The notes: a model not told the origin generated them from the letters alone. A DNA stretch of 63,940 bases, filler included, from Sandaracinaceae bacterium (GCA_947483975.1; 17 parts of 17 records of this genome joined end to end with filler, not necessarily neighbours in it), one strand, 5' to 3'. Counted from the first letter of the whole stretch, positions 11,089-19,232 are shown. A program made the numbers and translations.

Positions 11089-11133
11089 AGCAGGAGATGT
11101 GCCGGAGACCGGGTGTGTGATTTCAAGGGGTTA
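11089..11133 (-). promoter_or_regulatory. Sigma54-like promoter with upstream IHF-like site for the RAYT gene
   Basis: Minus strand CCGGCACATCTCCTGCT (GG-N10-GC) at 11089-11105; TTTCAAGGGGTTA at 11121-11133 is one mismatch from WATCAANNNNTTR. Confidence 0.55.
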
Positions 11134-11146
11134 CAAGCGCGAAATG

Positions 11147-11189
11147 GCGAATCCGCCGGCGGACGCCGCCAGGCCGGCGGCGGATTCGC
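11147..11189. repeat. 12-bp perfect inverted repeat with 19-nt loop
   Basis: GCGAATCCGCCG ... CGGCGGATTCGC. Confidence 0.8.
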
Positions 11190-11220
11190 GTGCGCGAGGA
11201 GGGCACTGACCAGAACGGGA

Positions 11221-11417
11221 GCGACCAAGGCGCGCCTCGGTGCGGAGGTTACGGCGCGACCAAGGTTGAGGTCGTGGCGCGACCAAGGTTGAGGTCGTTG
11301 AGGTCGTCCCCACCAAGGTCGCGGGGTCGTGGAGGTTACCGCGACCAAGGTTGAGGTCGTGGCGACCAAGGTTGAGGTCGTGGACATCCGGCTCGGAGGT
11401 CGTGGACATCCGGCTCG
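11221..11417. repeat. Cluster of REP-like palindromic repeats upstream of the RAYT gene
   Basis: GCGACC-AAGGTTGA-GGTCGT at 11256, 11279, 11341 and 11362; partial copies at 11221 and 11311; GGAGGTTAC at 11244 and 11331; 22-mer GAGGTCGTGGACATCCGGCTCG at 11374 and 11396. Confidence 0.9.
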
Positions 11418-11447
11418 TCGCAGTGCGGCTACGCTGCGCGGTAGCGC

Positions 11448-11624
11448 TCAGCTAGGCGCTTGCAGCGAGTTCGGCGACGGGGTCGGCGTCGGGCACGGGC
11501 CCTCGGTCGCGGTGTCGACGCCGCCCGCCGCGGCGGCGCAGCGCGTCGGGTGCGTCTGCCCGTCGCAGCCGCACACCGGGCGGTACTCGCGCGTGCAGAG
11601 CGTCGGGCGCGGTCGGCAGACGCC
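11448..11624 (-). CDS. Kazal-type serine protease inhibitor domain, C-terminal fragment (absent from the ORF track)
   Basis: Translates GVCRPRPTLCTREYRPVCGCDGQTHPTRCAAAAGGVDTATEGPC...PS*. Confidence 0.8.
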   Translation of the reverse strand, partial: GVCRPRPTLCTREYRPVCGCDGQTHPTRCAAAAGGVDTATEGPCPTPTPSPNSLQAPS

Positions 11625-11725
11625 NNNNNNNNNNNNNNNNNNNNNNNNNNNNNNNNNNNNNNNNNNNNTTAATTAATTAANNNNNNNNNNNNNNNNNNNN
11701 NNNNNNNNNNNNNNNNNNNNNNNNG

Positions 11726-13153
11726 CTCGGCGCGCCGGCCGACGCCGCGACGATCGCCGCGCGGCAGGCGTGCGTGCGGGAGCTCGCCGAGCGCGTCGAC
11801 TTCCGCGAGAAGCTCGAGACGGCGGCAGCGCTCGCGCCCGCCGCCCGCAAGAGGCGCAGCGCCGCTGGCCCGGAGAAGCTCGACCCGCAGCCGTTCCTCG
11901 CGTTCGCCGCGATGCCGCGTGTGTTCGCGCAGCGCGCCTGGCTCGCGCCGCTCCTCTATGTGTTGCCGGTGGTCGCGCTGGCGGCCGTCGCGCTCTCGTC
12001 GGTGGGGCTGGTGCCGCCGCTCGCGTGGATGGCGCCCGTGCTCGTCAACGTGCTGCTCAACTTCGCGACCGCGCGCGAGGTGCGGGCGGCGCTCGATCTC
12101 GTCGCGGCGCGGCGCGGCTTCGGCGAGGCGTTCGCGGAGATGTTCGTCGCGCTCGAGCAGGAGCCCTTCGTCGCGCCCGAGCTGCGCGCCTTGCGGGAGC
12201 GCGCCGTCGTCGCCGGGGAGCTGCCGAGCGCGCACCTGCGCGTGCTCGATCGCTGGGCGGGCTTCGCCGAGCTGCGCACTCAGTTTCCGCTGCACCTCGC
12301 CATCAACAACCTGCTGCTCTGGGACCTGCAGTGTCTGCTCCGGCTCGAGCGCTGGGCGGACCGCGCGGGCACTCAGGCGGGCGCTTGGTTCGACACCCTC
12401 GCCGAGGTCGAGGCGCTCGCCTCCCTCGCGACGCTCGCGCACCAGGACCCGAGCGCGCGCTTCCCCGAGCTCGCGCCCGAGGGCAGCGCGTTCGTCGCCG
12501 AGGGGCTCGTCCATCCGCTGCTCTCGCCGCAGAAGCGCGTCGCGAACGACGTGACGCTCGGCGGTCCGGGCACGGCCCTCGTCGTCACCGGCTCGAACAT
12601 GGCGGGCAAGAGCACGCTGCTCCGCGCCGTCGGGCTCAACGTCGCGCTCGCGCTCGCGGGCGGCCCGGTGACCGCGACGGCGCTGCGCGTCCCGAGCGTG
12701 CGCCTGCGCGCGAGCATGCGCGCCGACGACTCCCTGCAGAGCGGCGCGAGCTACTTCCACGCCGAGCTGACCAAGCTGCGCAGCGTCGTCGAGGACGCTG
12801 CCGCCGCCCCGCCCGTCTTCTTCCTGCTCGACGAGCTGCTGCGCGGCACGAACGCGAGCGCGCGGCACCTCGGCGCGCGCGCGATCGTGCTCCATCTGCT
12901 CTCGCGCGGCGGCTGCGGGCTGGTCGCGACGCACGACGTCGCCCTCGCCGCGCTCGAGGGCGAGCTCGACGGCAAGGTGACGAACGCGCACTTCACGGAC
13001 GTCGTGCGCGACGGCGAGATGGTCTTCGACTACCGCCTGCGCCCCGGCGTCGTGCGCACGAGCAACGCGCTCAGGCTGCTGCGCATGGCGGGCATCGAGG
13101 TGCCCGACGAGCACGTCGCGAACGAAGACGCCGCGCGCGACCCGAACGCCTGA
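11726..13153 (+). CDS. MutS-related ATPase (domain V) with transmembrane segments, 5'-truncated
   Basis: TGSNMAGKST, SYFHAE, LLDELLRGTN, ATHD motifs; hydrophobic hairpin upstream. Confidence 0.88.
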   Translation, partial: LGAPADAATIAARQACVRELAERVDFREKLETAAALAPAARKRRSAAGPEKLDPQPFLAFAAMPRVFAQRAWLAPLLYVLPVVALAAVALSSVGLVPPLAWMAPVLVNVLLNFATAREVRAALDLVAARRGFGEAFAEMFVALEQEPFVAPELRALRERAVVAGELPSAHLRVLDRWAGFAELRTQFPLHLAINNLLLWDLQCLLRLERWADRAGTQAGAWFDTLAEVEALASLATLAHQDPSARFPELAPEGSAFVAEGLVHPLLSPQKRVANDVTLGGPGTALVVTGSNMAGKSTLLRAVGLNVALALAGGPVTATALRVPSVRLRASMRADDSLQSGASYFHAELTKLRSVVEDAAAAPPVFFLLDELLRGTNASARHLGARAIVLHLLSRGGCGLVATHDVALAALEGELDGKVTNAHFTDVVRDGEMVFDYRLRPGVVRTSNALRLLRMAGIEVPDEHVANEDAARDPNA

Positions 13154-13331
13154 CGCGCGGTTTTTTCCTTAGAATCCCGGCCTACACGCGTAGGGACCGA
13201 GGTGAGATACAGCCCGCGCGAGCGTTGACTTCGGCCTCACGCGCTCACACCCTCGTCGCTGAGATGGTCCCGCTGTTACTTTCTCTCCCGGCGGTCCGGC
13301 GGGCGCGGTCGGTCGCAGAGGCGAGCGCGCG

Positions 13332-15068
13332 ATGACGCTCGACCTCCGCACGCTCGGCTTCGTCGTCATCATCAGCATCACGCTGCAGACCCTCGCGCTC
13401 GTCCTGCAGTGGCGCGCCAGCCGCGAGCTGAGCGGCCCAGGTTGGTGGGCGCTCGGGAACGCCGGCATCGTCGGCGGCTTCGCGTCGCTCTTCGTCATGG
13501 GGCCGCTCCACCTCGGGCCGCTGATGTTCGTCGCGAGCGCGACCGCGTGGGTGAGCGGCCTCGCGTGCCTGTATCAGGGCGTCCGGCGCTTCCTGGGGCA
13601 GCCGACGCCGCAGCGTCTGGTGGTCGCGCTGATCGTCGGCGTGACGGTCTGCACCGCACATTTCACGTTCCTCGACGACCACGTCGCCTACCGGCGCGGC
13701 ACGCTCGCCCTGTTCGCCGTGGTGTTCTCGCTCTTGATCACGCTGGCCCTCGGCCGGGCCTCGTCCGCGTCGCGCCCGACGCGCGCGCTGATGGGCACGT
13801 TCGTCGCGTCGGGGGTGTTCTTCCTCGCGCGGAGCGTGGCCAACTTCACGAGCGACGCCGTCGGAGAGGCGCCGGCGGGCGGACTCCTCCCGTGGTTTCT
13901 GCCGCAGACGGTGGCGGGCTTGGCCGTGCTCGTCCTGACGACGCTCTGGACCTACGGCTTCATCCTCCTGGTCAGTCAGCGCCGGCTGCTCGAGCAGCGC
14001 GAGGCGAAGGCCGCCCTCGAGCGGACCCTCGCTGAGCTCGAGATCGAGCGAGACCATGCGCAGGCGAGCGCGCGCTCCGACAGCCTCACGCAGGTGCCCA
14101 ATCGACGGGCCTTCGACGAGGCGCTGCGGGCCGAGTTCTATCGACTCAAGCGCTCGGGAGCCCACAAGCTCTCGCTGCTGCTGCTCGACGTCGATCACTT
14201 CAAGCAGTTCAACGATCTCTACGGGCACCCCGCGGGCGACGCCTGCCTCCGACGGATCGCCGCCGCGCTGAAGACCGTCGTCAAGCGCGCTCCGGACATG
14301 GTCGCGCGCTACGGCGGAGAGGAATTCGCCGTCATCCTGCCGGACACCGATGGCCCCGGGACGCTCGCCGTCGCCGAGCGCATTCGGCGCGTGATCGAGG
14401 AGCTCGCCCTTCCGCACTCGGCGTCCGCGACGGCGAGGGTGGTGACGGTCAGCGTGGGCGCGGTGTGCATCACGGCGAGTCGCGTCGCCGATCCAGAGAG
14501 CGTGTTGGAGCTCGCCGACAAAGCCCTCTATCGGGCCAAGGCGCGCGGACGAAATCGCGTGGATTTCGACCTCGCCCTGATGTCGGCGACCAACTCGCAG
14601 CCTCCGCCGATGGGCCTCGTGCGCCTCGTGTGGCGCGAAGGAACGGAGTCCGGAAATGCCACCATCGACGCGCAACACAGGGCCTTGTTCGCCGCGGCGA
14701 ACGAGCTCCTCTCCGCGCTCGTCGAGGGTCGCAACAAGGAGCTTTGTTCGCTGCTCTTGGAGGCGCTGCGGACGGGCATCGAGACGCACCTCCGCGACGA
14801 GGAGGTGATCCTCCGCGCTGCGGGGTATCCGGCGACTGACGCGCACGCTCGCGGGCACGATGCGTTGCTCGCGCGGATGGCGGAGATCGCCGCCGAGTAC
14901 GCGCGGGACGAGCTATCCATCAGCGACGCGTTCAGCTTCCTCGCCTACGACGTGATCGTGCAGCACCTCTTCCTCGAGGACGCGAAGTTCTTCCAGCACC
15001 TCGCTGGGACGCCCGCGCCGACGAAGACGAGCGCGGGCGTCGCGGAGTCGGACGTGAGGGCGAACTAG
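13332..15068 (+). CDS. Membrane diguanylate cyclase with C-terminal hemerythrin domain
   Basis: About 7 N-terminal TM segments; DSLT..NRR, DVDHFK, RAPD I-site, RYGGEEF; hemerythrin ligands QH, HLRDEE, HARGH, HLFLED. Confidence 0.9.
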   Translation: MTLDLRTLGFVVIISITLQTLALVLQWRASRELSGPGWWALGNAGIVGGFASLFVMGPLHLGPLMFVASATAWVSGLACLYQGVRRFLGQPTPQRLVVALIVGVTVCTAHFTFLDDHVAYRRGTLALFAVVFSLLITLALGRASSASRPTRALMGTFVASGVFFLARSVANFTSDAVGEAPAGGLLPWFLPQTVAGLAVLVLTTLWTYGFILLVSQRRLLEQREAKAALERTLAELEIERDHAQASARSDSLTQVPNRRAFDEALRAEFYRLKRSGAHKLSLLLLDVDHFKQFNDLYGHPAGDACLRRIAAALKTVVKRAPDMVARYGGEEFAVILPDTDGPGTLAVAERIRRVIEELALPHSASATARVVTVSVGAVCITASRVADPESVLELADKALYRAKARGRNRVDFDLALMSATNSQPPPMGLVRLVWREGTESGNATIDAQHRALFAAANELLSALVEGRNKELCSLLLEALRTGIETHLRDEEVILRAAGYPATDAHARGHDALLARMAEIAAEYARDELSISDAFSFLAYDVIVQHLFLEDAKFFQHLAGTPAPTKTSAGVAESDVRAN

Positions 15069-15098
15069 GCGGCGGCGCTCCGTGGGGGAGCGCTCGTT

Positions 15099-15485
15099 CT
15101 ATTGGTCCCAAGGATCGGGGAGCCCGTCCGGACGTCTCGGCGGAGGCGGGAGGGGGCGCGTCGGTGAAGCGAAGGGCCTCGGCCGAGGGAGCCGACGAGG
15201 ACTCCCCGCGTCCGGGGCGAGCGGCGCTCCCTCCCTGCCGCCGTCGAGGGGGGAGGGCGCCGCGCCGCCGTCGAGGGCACCCGCAGCGAGCGGCGGCCCG
15301 GGCGGTGCTGGGGCGAGCGGTGCTGGGGCGAGCGGTGCCGGAAGGACAGAAGTAGGCAGCGGCAGGGCCAGGCCTCGCGCGGCGGACCGGGGCGTCGGCG
15401 CGTTCAGCCAGTGGTCCGAGACCAGGGCCCCCGCGGTGGCGAGCGTCGCGCCCACGAGGAGGAGCGCCAAGAGCGCAGCCGCCCC
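15099..15485 (-). CDS. C-terminal fragment of a membrane-anchored Pro-rich protein
   Basis: One TM segment followed by a Pro-rich tail ending LPDPWDQ; 5' end missing. Confidence 0.45.
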   Translation of the reverse strand, partial: GAAALLALLLVGATLATAGALVSDHWLNAPTPRSAARGLALPLPTSVLPAPLAPAPLAPAPPGPPLAAGALDGGAAPSPLDGGREGAPLAPDAGSPRRLPRPRPFASPTRPLPPPPRRPDGLPDPWDQ

Positions 15486-15587
15486 GANNNNNNNNNNNNN
15501 NNNNNNNNNNNNNNNNNNNNNNNNNNNNNNNTTAATTAATTAANNNNNNNNNNNNNNNNNNNNNNNNNNNNNNNNNNNNNNNNNNNN

Positions 15588-15799
15588 GGAGCATGGACGC
15601 TGGGGAACCAACCCGAGGGACCCAGCCGAGCAAAGGGCGGCACCGGGGCATGGAATCGTAGGAGGGAAAGATGGGAGAGACTCTGAGCTCGCAAACGGTC
15701 TCAACGAAACTTCAACGAATAGCGGAAGCGGCGAAGGCAAATCCAGAGCGGGCGTTCACGACGCTCGCCCACTTCATCGACGTCGAGTGGCTGCGCGAG
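15588..15799 (+). mobile_element. Group II intron fragment (domain III-like RNA plus start of the RT/maturase ORF), interrupted at 15800
   Basis: GCTGGGGAAC...GGGACCCAGCCGAGCAAAGGG resembles domain III; GGAGG RBS then an RT N-terminus at 15671. Confidence 0.8.
15671..15799 (+). pseudogene. Group II intron reverse transcriptase N-terminus (43 codons) truncated by transposon insertion
   Basis: MGETLSSQTVSTKLQRIAEAAKANPERAFTTLAHFIDVEWLRE; RT-like sequence stops exactly at the TGT left end. Confidence 0.8.
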
Positions 15800-16011
15800 T
15801 GTTGGGCATCACGCAGATTCGTGAACCACGGCTGTGCTTGCTCGGACTGGGCCACCGTTGGTTCGCCTGATGCGTTGGGCCATTGCGGGAAACTTTCCCG
15901 CCGAGGTCGGTCGTAGGAAGCTGTGGGTGACGGTGATGCCGTCGCTGCAGTTCACGAGGTGAAGGCAAAAGGATGGCCCGCCACGGTGGCAGCCGTGCGG
16001 GCCAATGGCCG

Positions 16012-16641
16012 GTGCAGTTGCGCCACGAAACGGCGCACACCAGCGAGGAGTACGTTAGCCACGAAGGCTGGCGGAATGCAACGCTGGCGAGGTGCCCTTT
16101 GCATCCGGGAGGGGGTTGCGGCTTCGCGCGCCACGCGACGTACGCGCGGGTGTGGCCTGCGGGGATGCGGGTGGCTCGGTTCTACTGTCCGCTGGGGCGC
16201 GTGACCTTCAGCTTGTTGCCGGATTGCTTGGCGAGTCGCTTTAGCGGGAGCCTCGACGCTCTCGAGGCGACGGTGGTGGCGGTCGAGGAGTCGCGGGCCG
16301 CGGGAGCGACGATGGAGGCGGCAGCCGCGGCGGTTCGGCCGGAGGTCGACGTTGTCATCGCGCTGCGTTGGGTCTACCGGCGGCTGACGCCGATTCGACA
16401 GGCGGTGCGGACGCTGGAGACGGTGATGCCATTGCTCGCCGGCGCCGCCGGTCAGTTGTCATCGGTACGCAGCAAGCTCGCGACGAAGCGAGCGCTGGTT
16501 TCCCTGCGCTCGATGGCATCGCCGCACACGCCGCAGTTGCCGCCGCCTCTCGGATACGGCCCCCGTGTGAGACGGCGCAGGTCTCGCCGGCGGCGCTCCC
16601 AACACGAAACGGGGGCAGATCCGCCGCCGGGAAAGCGATAG
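16012..16641 (+). CDS. Transposon accessory ORF1 with Cys/His cluster and Arg-rich tail (alternative start 15973)
   Basis: CPLH...GC..ARH...FYC...LLPDC; first ORF inside the left end. Confidence 0.7.
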   Translation: MQLRHETAHTSEEYVSHEGWRNATLARCPLHPGGGCGFARHATYARVWPAGMRVARFYCPLGRVTFSLLPDCLASRFSGSLDALEATVVAVEESRAAGATMEAAAAAVRPEVDVVIALRWVYRRLTPIRQAVRTLETVMPLLAGAAGQLSSVRSKLATKRALVSLRSMASPHTPQLPPPLGYGPRVRRRRSRRRRSQHETGADPPPGKR

Positions 16642-16685
16642 CCCTCACCCAGCGCCGCACGGAGCGGCGCGAGGAGGGCAATGCC

Positions 16686-18071
16686 ATGATGGATGACAAG
16701 AAGCGGGACCGTAACGAAGAGATCGCGCTCTTTCGATACGGTCTCATCGCCGACCTCACGCATCGTACGGCCGGCGAGGCGGGGCTCTACGCCTGCCTTG
16801 GTGAGAAGGCGGCCAAGACCTACTCGATCCCCGGTTCTCGTCGCACGCGCGTCGCGGTCGAGACGATGCGGGGCTGGCTGCGCGACTGGCGCCGCGGCGG
16901 CTTCGACGCGCTGCGACCGAAGTCGCGCACGGATCAGGGCCACGCTCGCGCGCTCCCCCAGCCTGTCGCGGATCTCCTGTGCAGCCTCAAGGAAGAGAAC
17001 CCCGCGCTGTCGGTGTCGTTGATCATCGCGCAGGCGCAGGCGAGCGGCGAGGTTCCCGCCGAGGTAGTGCTCGCGCCAGCGACGGTGCATCGGCATCTGA
17101 GCCGCCAGGGTCTGATGGAGAAGCGGCCTGATGCGCCGACGAGCAATGATCGGCGGCGCTTCGCCTTCGAGACGGCCAACGAGCTGTGGATGAGCGACGT
17201 CATGCATGGGCCGGCCGTCATCACCGAGGGGCGCCGCAAGCACAAGACCTACCTCATCGCGATGCTCGACGACGCCACGCGGCTCATCCCTTACGCGGCC
17301 TTCGCGATGGCGGAGAACACGGCCGCGTTTCTGCCCGTCCTCGAGCAGGCGCTCCTGCGCCGCGGCGTACCCAAGCGGCTCTATGTGGACAACGGCTCCG
17401 TCTATCGGTCTCGCCACCTCGAGCTTGTTTGCGCCAAGCTGGGCATGACGCTGATCCACAGCCGGCCCTATGTGCCCCAGGGCCGAGGCAAGATGGAGCG
17501 CTGGTTTCGGACTGTGCGACTGCAGCTACTCCCCACGTTGACGGATGGAGACACTGCCAGTCTCGACGCCCTCAATCGACGGTTATGGGCCTATGTCGAG
17601 GGTGAGTACCACCACCGGCCGCACAAGGGCCTCGACGGACAAACTCCGCTGGACCGCTGGCTCACCGCCTCCGGCGACGTGCGCCTGCCGAGCCATGACG
17701 TAGACCTCGCGCAGCTCTTTCTCTTCGAGGAGAAGCGCAAGGTCGCCAAGGATCGCACCGTCAGCTTGCGCGGCATCCTCTTCGAGGTGGATGCGACGCT
17801 CGTGGGCGAGACCGTCATGCTGCGCTTCGATCCCACGCGGCTCCGCCGCCCCGTCGAGGTGTGGCACAAGGGCCGGAAGATCGAGCACGCCCGCCCGGTC
17901 GACGCCTACGCCAACTGCTTTGTCTCCCGCAACCACGCCAACAAGCTGCACCAACCCTCCAGCGGGCCCGATGCGCCGCCGACAGGCTTGCGCCTGCGCG
18001 ATCTCAAGGACCGCGACGACGGCAACGGAAACGACCATGGCAACGGCCACGAACCCGTGGGAGGTGCGTGA
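16686..18071 (+). CDS. DDE transposase (rve integrase core, Mu/TnsB-like C-terminal region)
   Basis: GAGGAG RBS; WMSD, LDDATR, YVDNGS, GKMERWF; N-terminal HTH-like region. Confidence 0.92.
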   Translation: MMDDKKRDRNEEIALFRYGLIADLTHRTAGEAGLYACLGEKAAKTYSIPGSRRTRVAVETMRGWLRDWRRGGFDALRPKSRTDQGHARALPQPVADLLCSLKEENPALSVSLIIAQAQASGEVPAEVVLAPATVHRHLSRQGLMEKRPDAPTSNDRRRFAFETANELWMSDVMHGPAVITEGRRKHKTYLIAMLDDATRLIPYAAFAMAENTAAFLPVLEQALLRRGVPKRLYVDNGSVYRSRHLELVCAKLGMTLIHSRPYVPQGRGKMERWFRTVRLQLLPTLTDGDTASLDALNRRLWAYVEGEYHHRPHKGLDGQTPLDRWLTASGDVRLPSHDVDLAQLFLFEEKRKVAKDRTVSLRGILFEVDATLVGETVMLRFDPTRLRRPVEVWHKGRKIEHARPVDAYANCFVSRNHANKLHQPSSGPDAPPTGLRLRDLKDRDDGNGNDHGNGHEPVGGA

Positions 18072-18868
18072 TGTACCGCAAACACTTCGGCCTGACGCGA
18101 CACCCCTTCTCGAAAGAGCTCGAGCCCGACGAGCTCTTCGGCTCCTCCGCAGCCCGTGAGCTCGAGGTGCGCCTCGGCCACTGGCTCGAGATGAGGGGCA
18201 TCGGCCTCGTCACCGGCGAAAGCGGAAGCGGCAAGACCACCGCGTGCCGCAAAGTAGTCAGTGGCCTGCATACTGGCCTTTATCGGGTGGTCTACGTCTC
18301 GCTCTCCACGGGCAACGTGATGGACCTCTACAAGACCATCGCCTGGGAAATGGGCCTGCCCACGGAGCGCAGCCGCTCCGCGCTCTATCGGCAGGTCCGC
18401 CTCGAGGTGACGCGCCTGTGCACCGAAGTCCGCGCTCGCCCCGTCCTCATCGTCGACGAGGCGCATAACCTCCGCTCCGAGCTGCTCGAGGATCTGCGAC
18501 TGCTCACCAACTACCAGATGGACGCCGAGAACAGGCTCGCACTGCTGCTCGTTGGCCAGCCCGAGCTGCGAAGGCGACTGGGCATGACCGTCTACGAGTC
18601 TCTCTCCCAGCGCATCGTCGTGCGAGCGCATCTACCAGGACTCGCGCGCGACGAACTCGCGCCGTACCTCGAGCACCTCATCCGACGCGCCGGCACCGAA
18701 CTGCCGCTCTTCGAGCCCTCTGCCCAGGAAGCCATCTTCCAGGCTACACAGGGCCTCCCGCGCAAGGTGAACCTCCTCGGACACCACGCGCTCATGGCCG
18801 CCGCCCTCGCACGCGCAAAGCTCGTCACCGCCGAACACGTCCAGGCCGCGCTCGGGGAGGTGTCGTGA
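18071..18868 (+). CDS. ExeA-like AAA+ ATPase (TnsC/MuB/IstB-type transposition helper)
   Basis: MYRKHFGLTRHPF start, Walker A GESGSGKT, Walker B LIVDEAH, LVGQPEL, GLPRKVN; TGATG coupling to the transposase. Confidence 0.92.
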   Translation: MYRKHFGLTRHPFSKELEPDELFGSSAARELEVRLGHWLEMRGIGLVTGESGSGKTTACRKVVSGLHTGLYRVVYVSLSTGNVMDLYKTIAWEMGLPTERSRSALYRQVRLEVTRLCTEVRARPVLIVDEAHNLRSELLEDLRLLTNYQMDAENRLALLLVGQPELRRRLGMTVYESLSQRIVVRAHLPGLARDELAPYLEHLIRRAGTELPLFEPSAQEAIFQATQGLPRKVNLLGHHALMAAALARAKLVTAEHVQAALGEVS

Positions 18869-19164
18869 TGGGCGACAAGAGCCGCTCCGCGCCCGCCACC
18901 GACGTCGCCGCTCCAGAAGACCTCGTCCGTGCGCCCGAACTCGCCTCACTCGCAATACTCGAGGCGGTCCTCGCCATCGCCGAGACCCATATCCTCGTCG
19001 CCAATCCACAACTCGCCGACCCGCTCGCCGTCTGCGACCCCTGCGACCGCTTCATCCACGACCTGCTGTGCGACCTCGCTCGCACCAGCGGCTCCCTGCA
19101 CCAATACGTCCGCTGCACCCGCGCCCTCCTCGAGACCATCGACCAACGCGACGTGCCCTTCTAA
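18868..19164 (+). CDS. Transposon accessory ORF4, 98 aa, ending DVPF
   Basis: GGAGG RBS and TGATG coupling to the ATPase; followed by a hairpin. Confidence 0.65.
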   Translation: MGDKSRSAPATDVAAPEDLVRAPELASLAILEAVLAIAETHILVANPQLADPLAVCDPCDRFIHDLLCDLARTSGSLHQYVRCTRALLETIDQRDVPF

Positions 19165-19190
19165 CCACGCCTGCTCCAGGCCACTAACCG

Positions 19191-19232
19191 CGAAGCCCCG
19201 GGAGCCCACTGGCCTCGGGGCTTCGTCCTTCC
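19191..19232 (+). terminator. Hairpin closing the transposon operon
   Basis: CGAAGCCCCG ... CGGGGCTTCG 10-bp stem followed by TCCTTCC (weak U tract). Confidence 0.5.

Noticed and set aside
11221..11417. Repeat cluster as a CRISPR array or as a VATKVEV repeat protein
   Set aside because: No unique spacers of constant length, no cas genes, and unit spacing (21-23 nt) does not preserve one frame.
11726..13153. Canonical mismatch-repair MutS
   Set aside because: Only the ATPase domain and TM segments are visible, with no mismatch-binding domain; gene symbol withheld.
15671..15916. 81-aa ORF as a retron, DGR or defence RT
   Set aside because: Only 43 codons are RT-like and match a group II intron N-terminus; the rest is read-through into the transposon end.
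18071..18868. ATPase as type II secretion ExeA/GspA
   Set aside because: No peptidoglycan-binding extension or secretion genes; it is coupled to a transposase inside terminal repeats.
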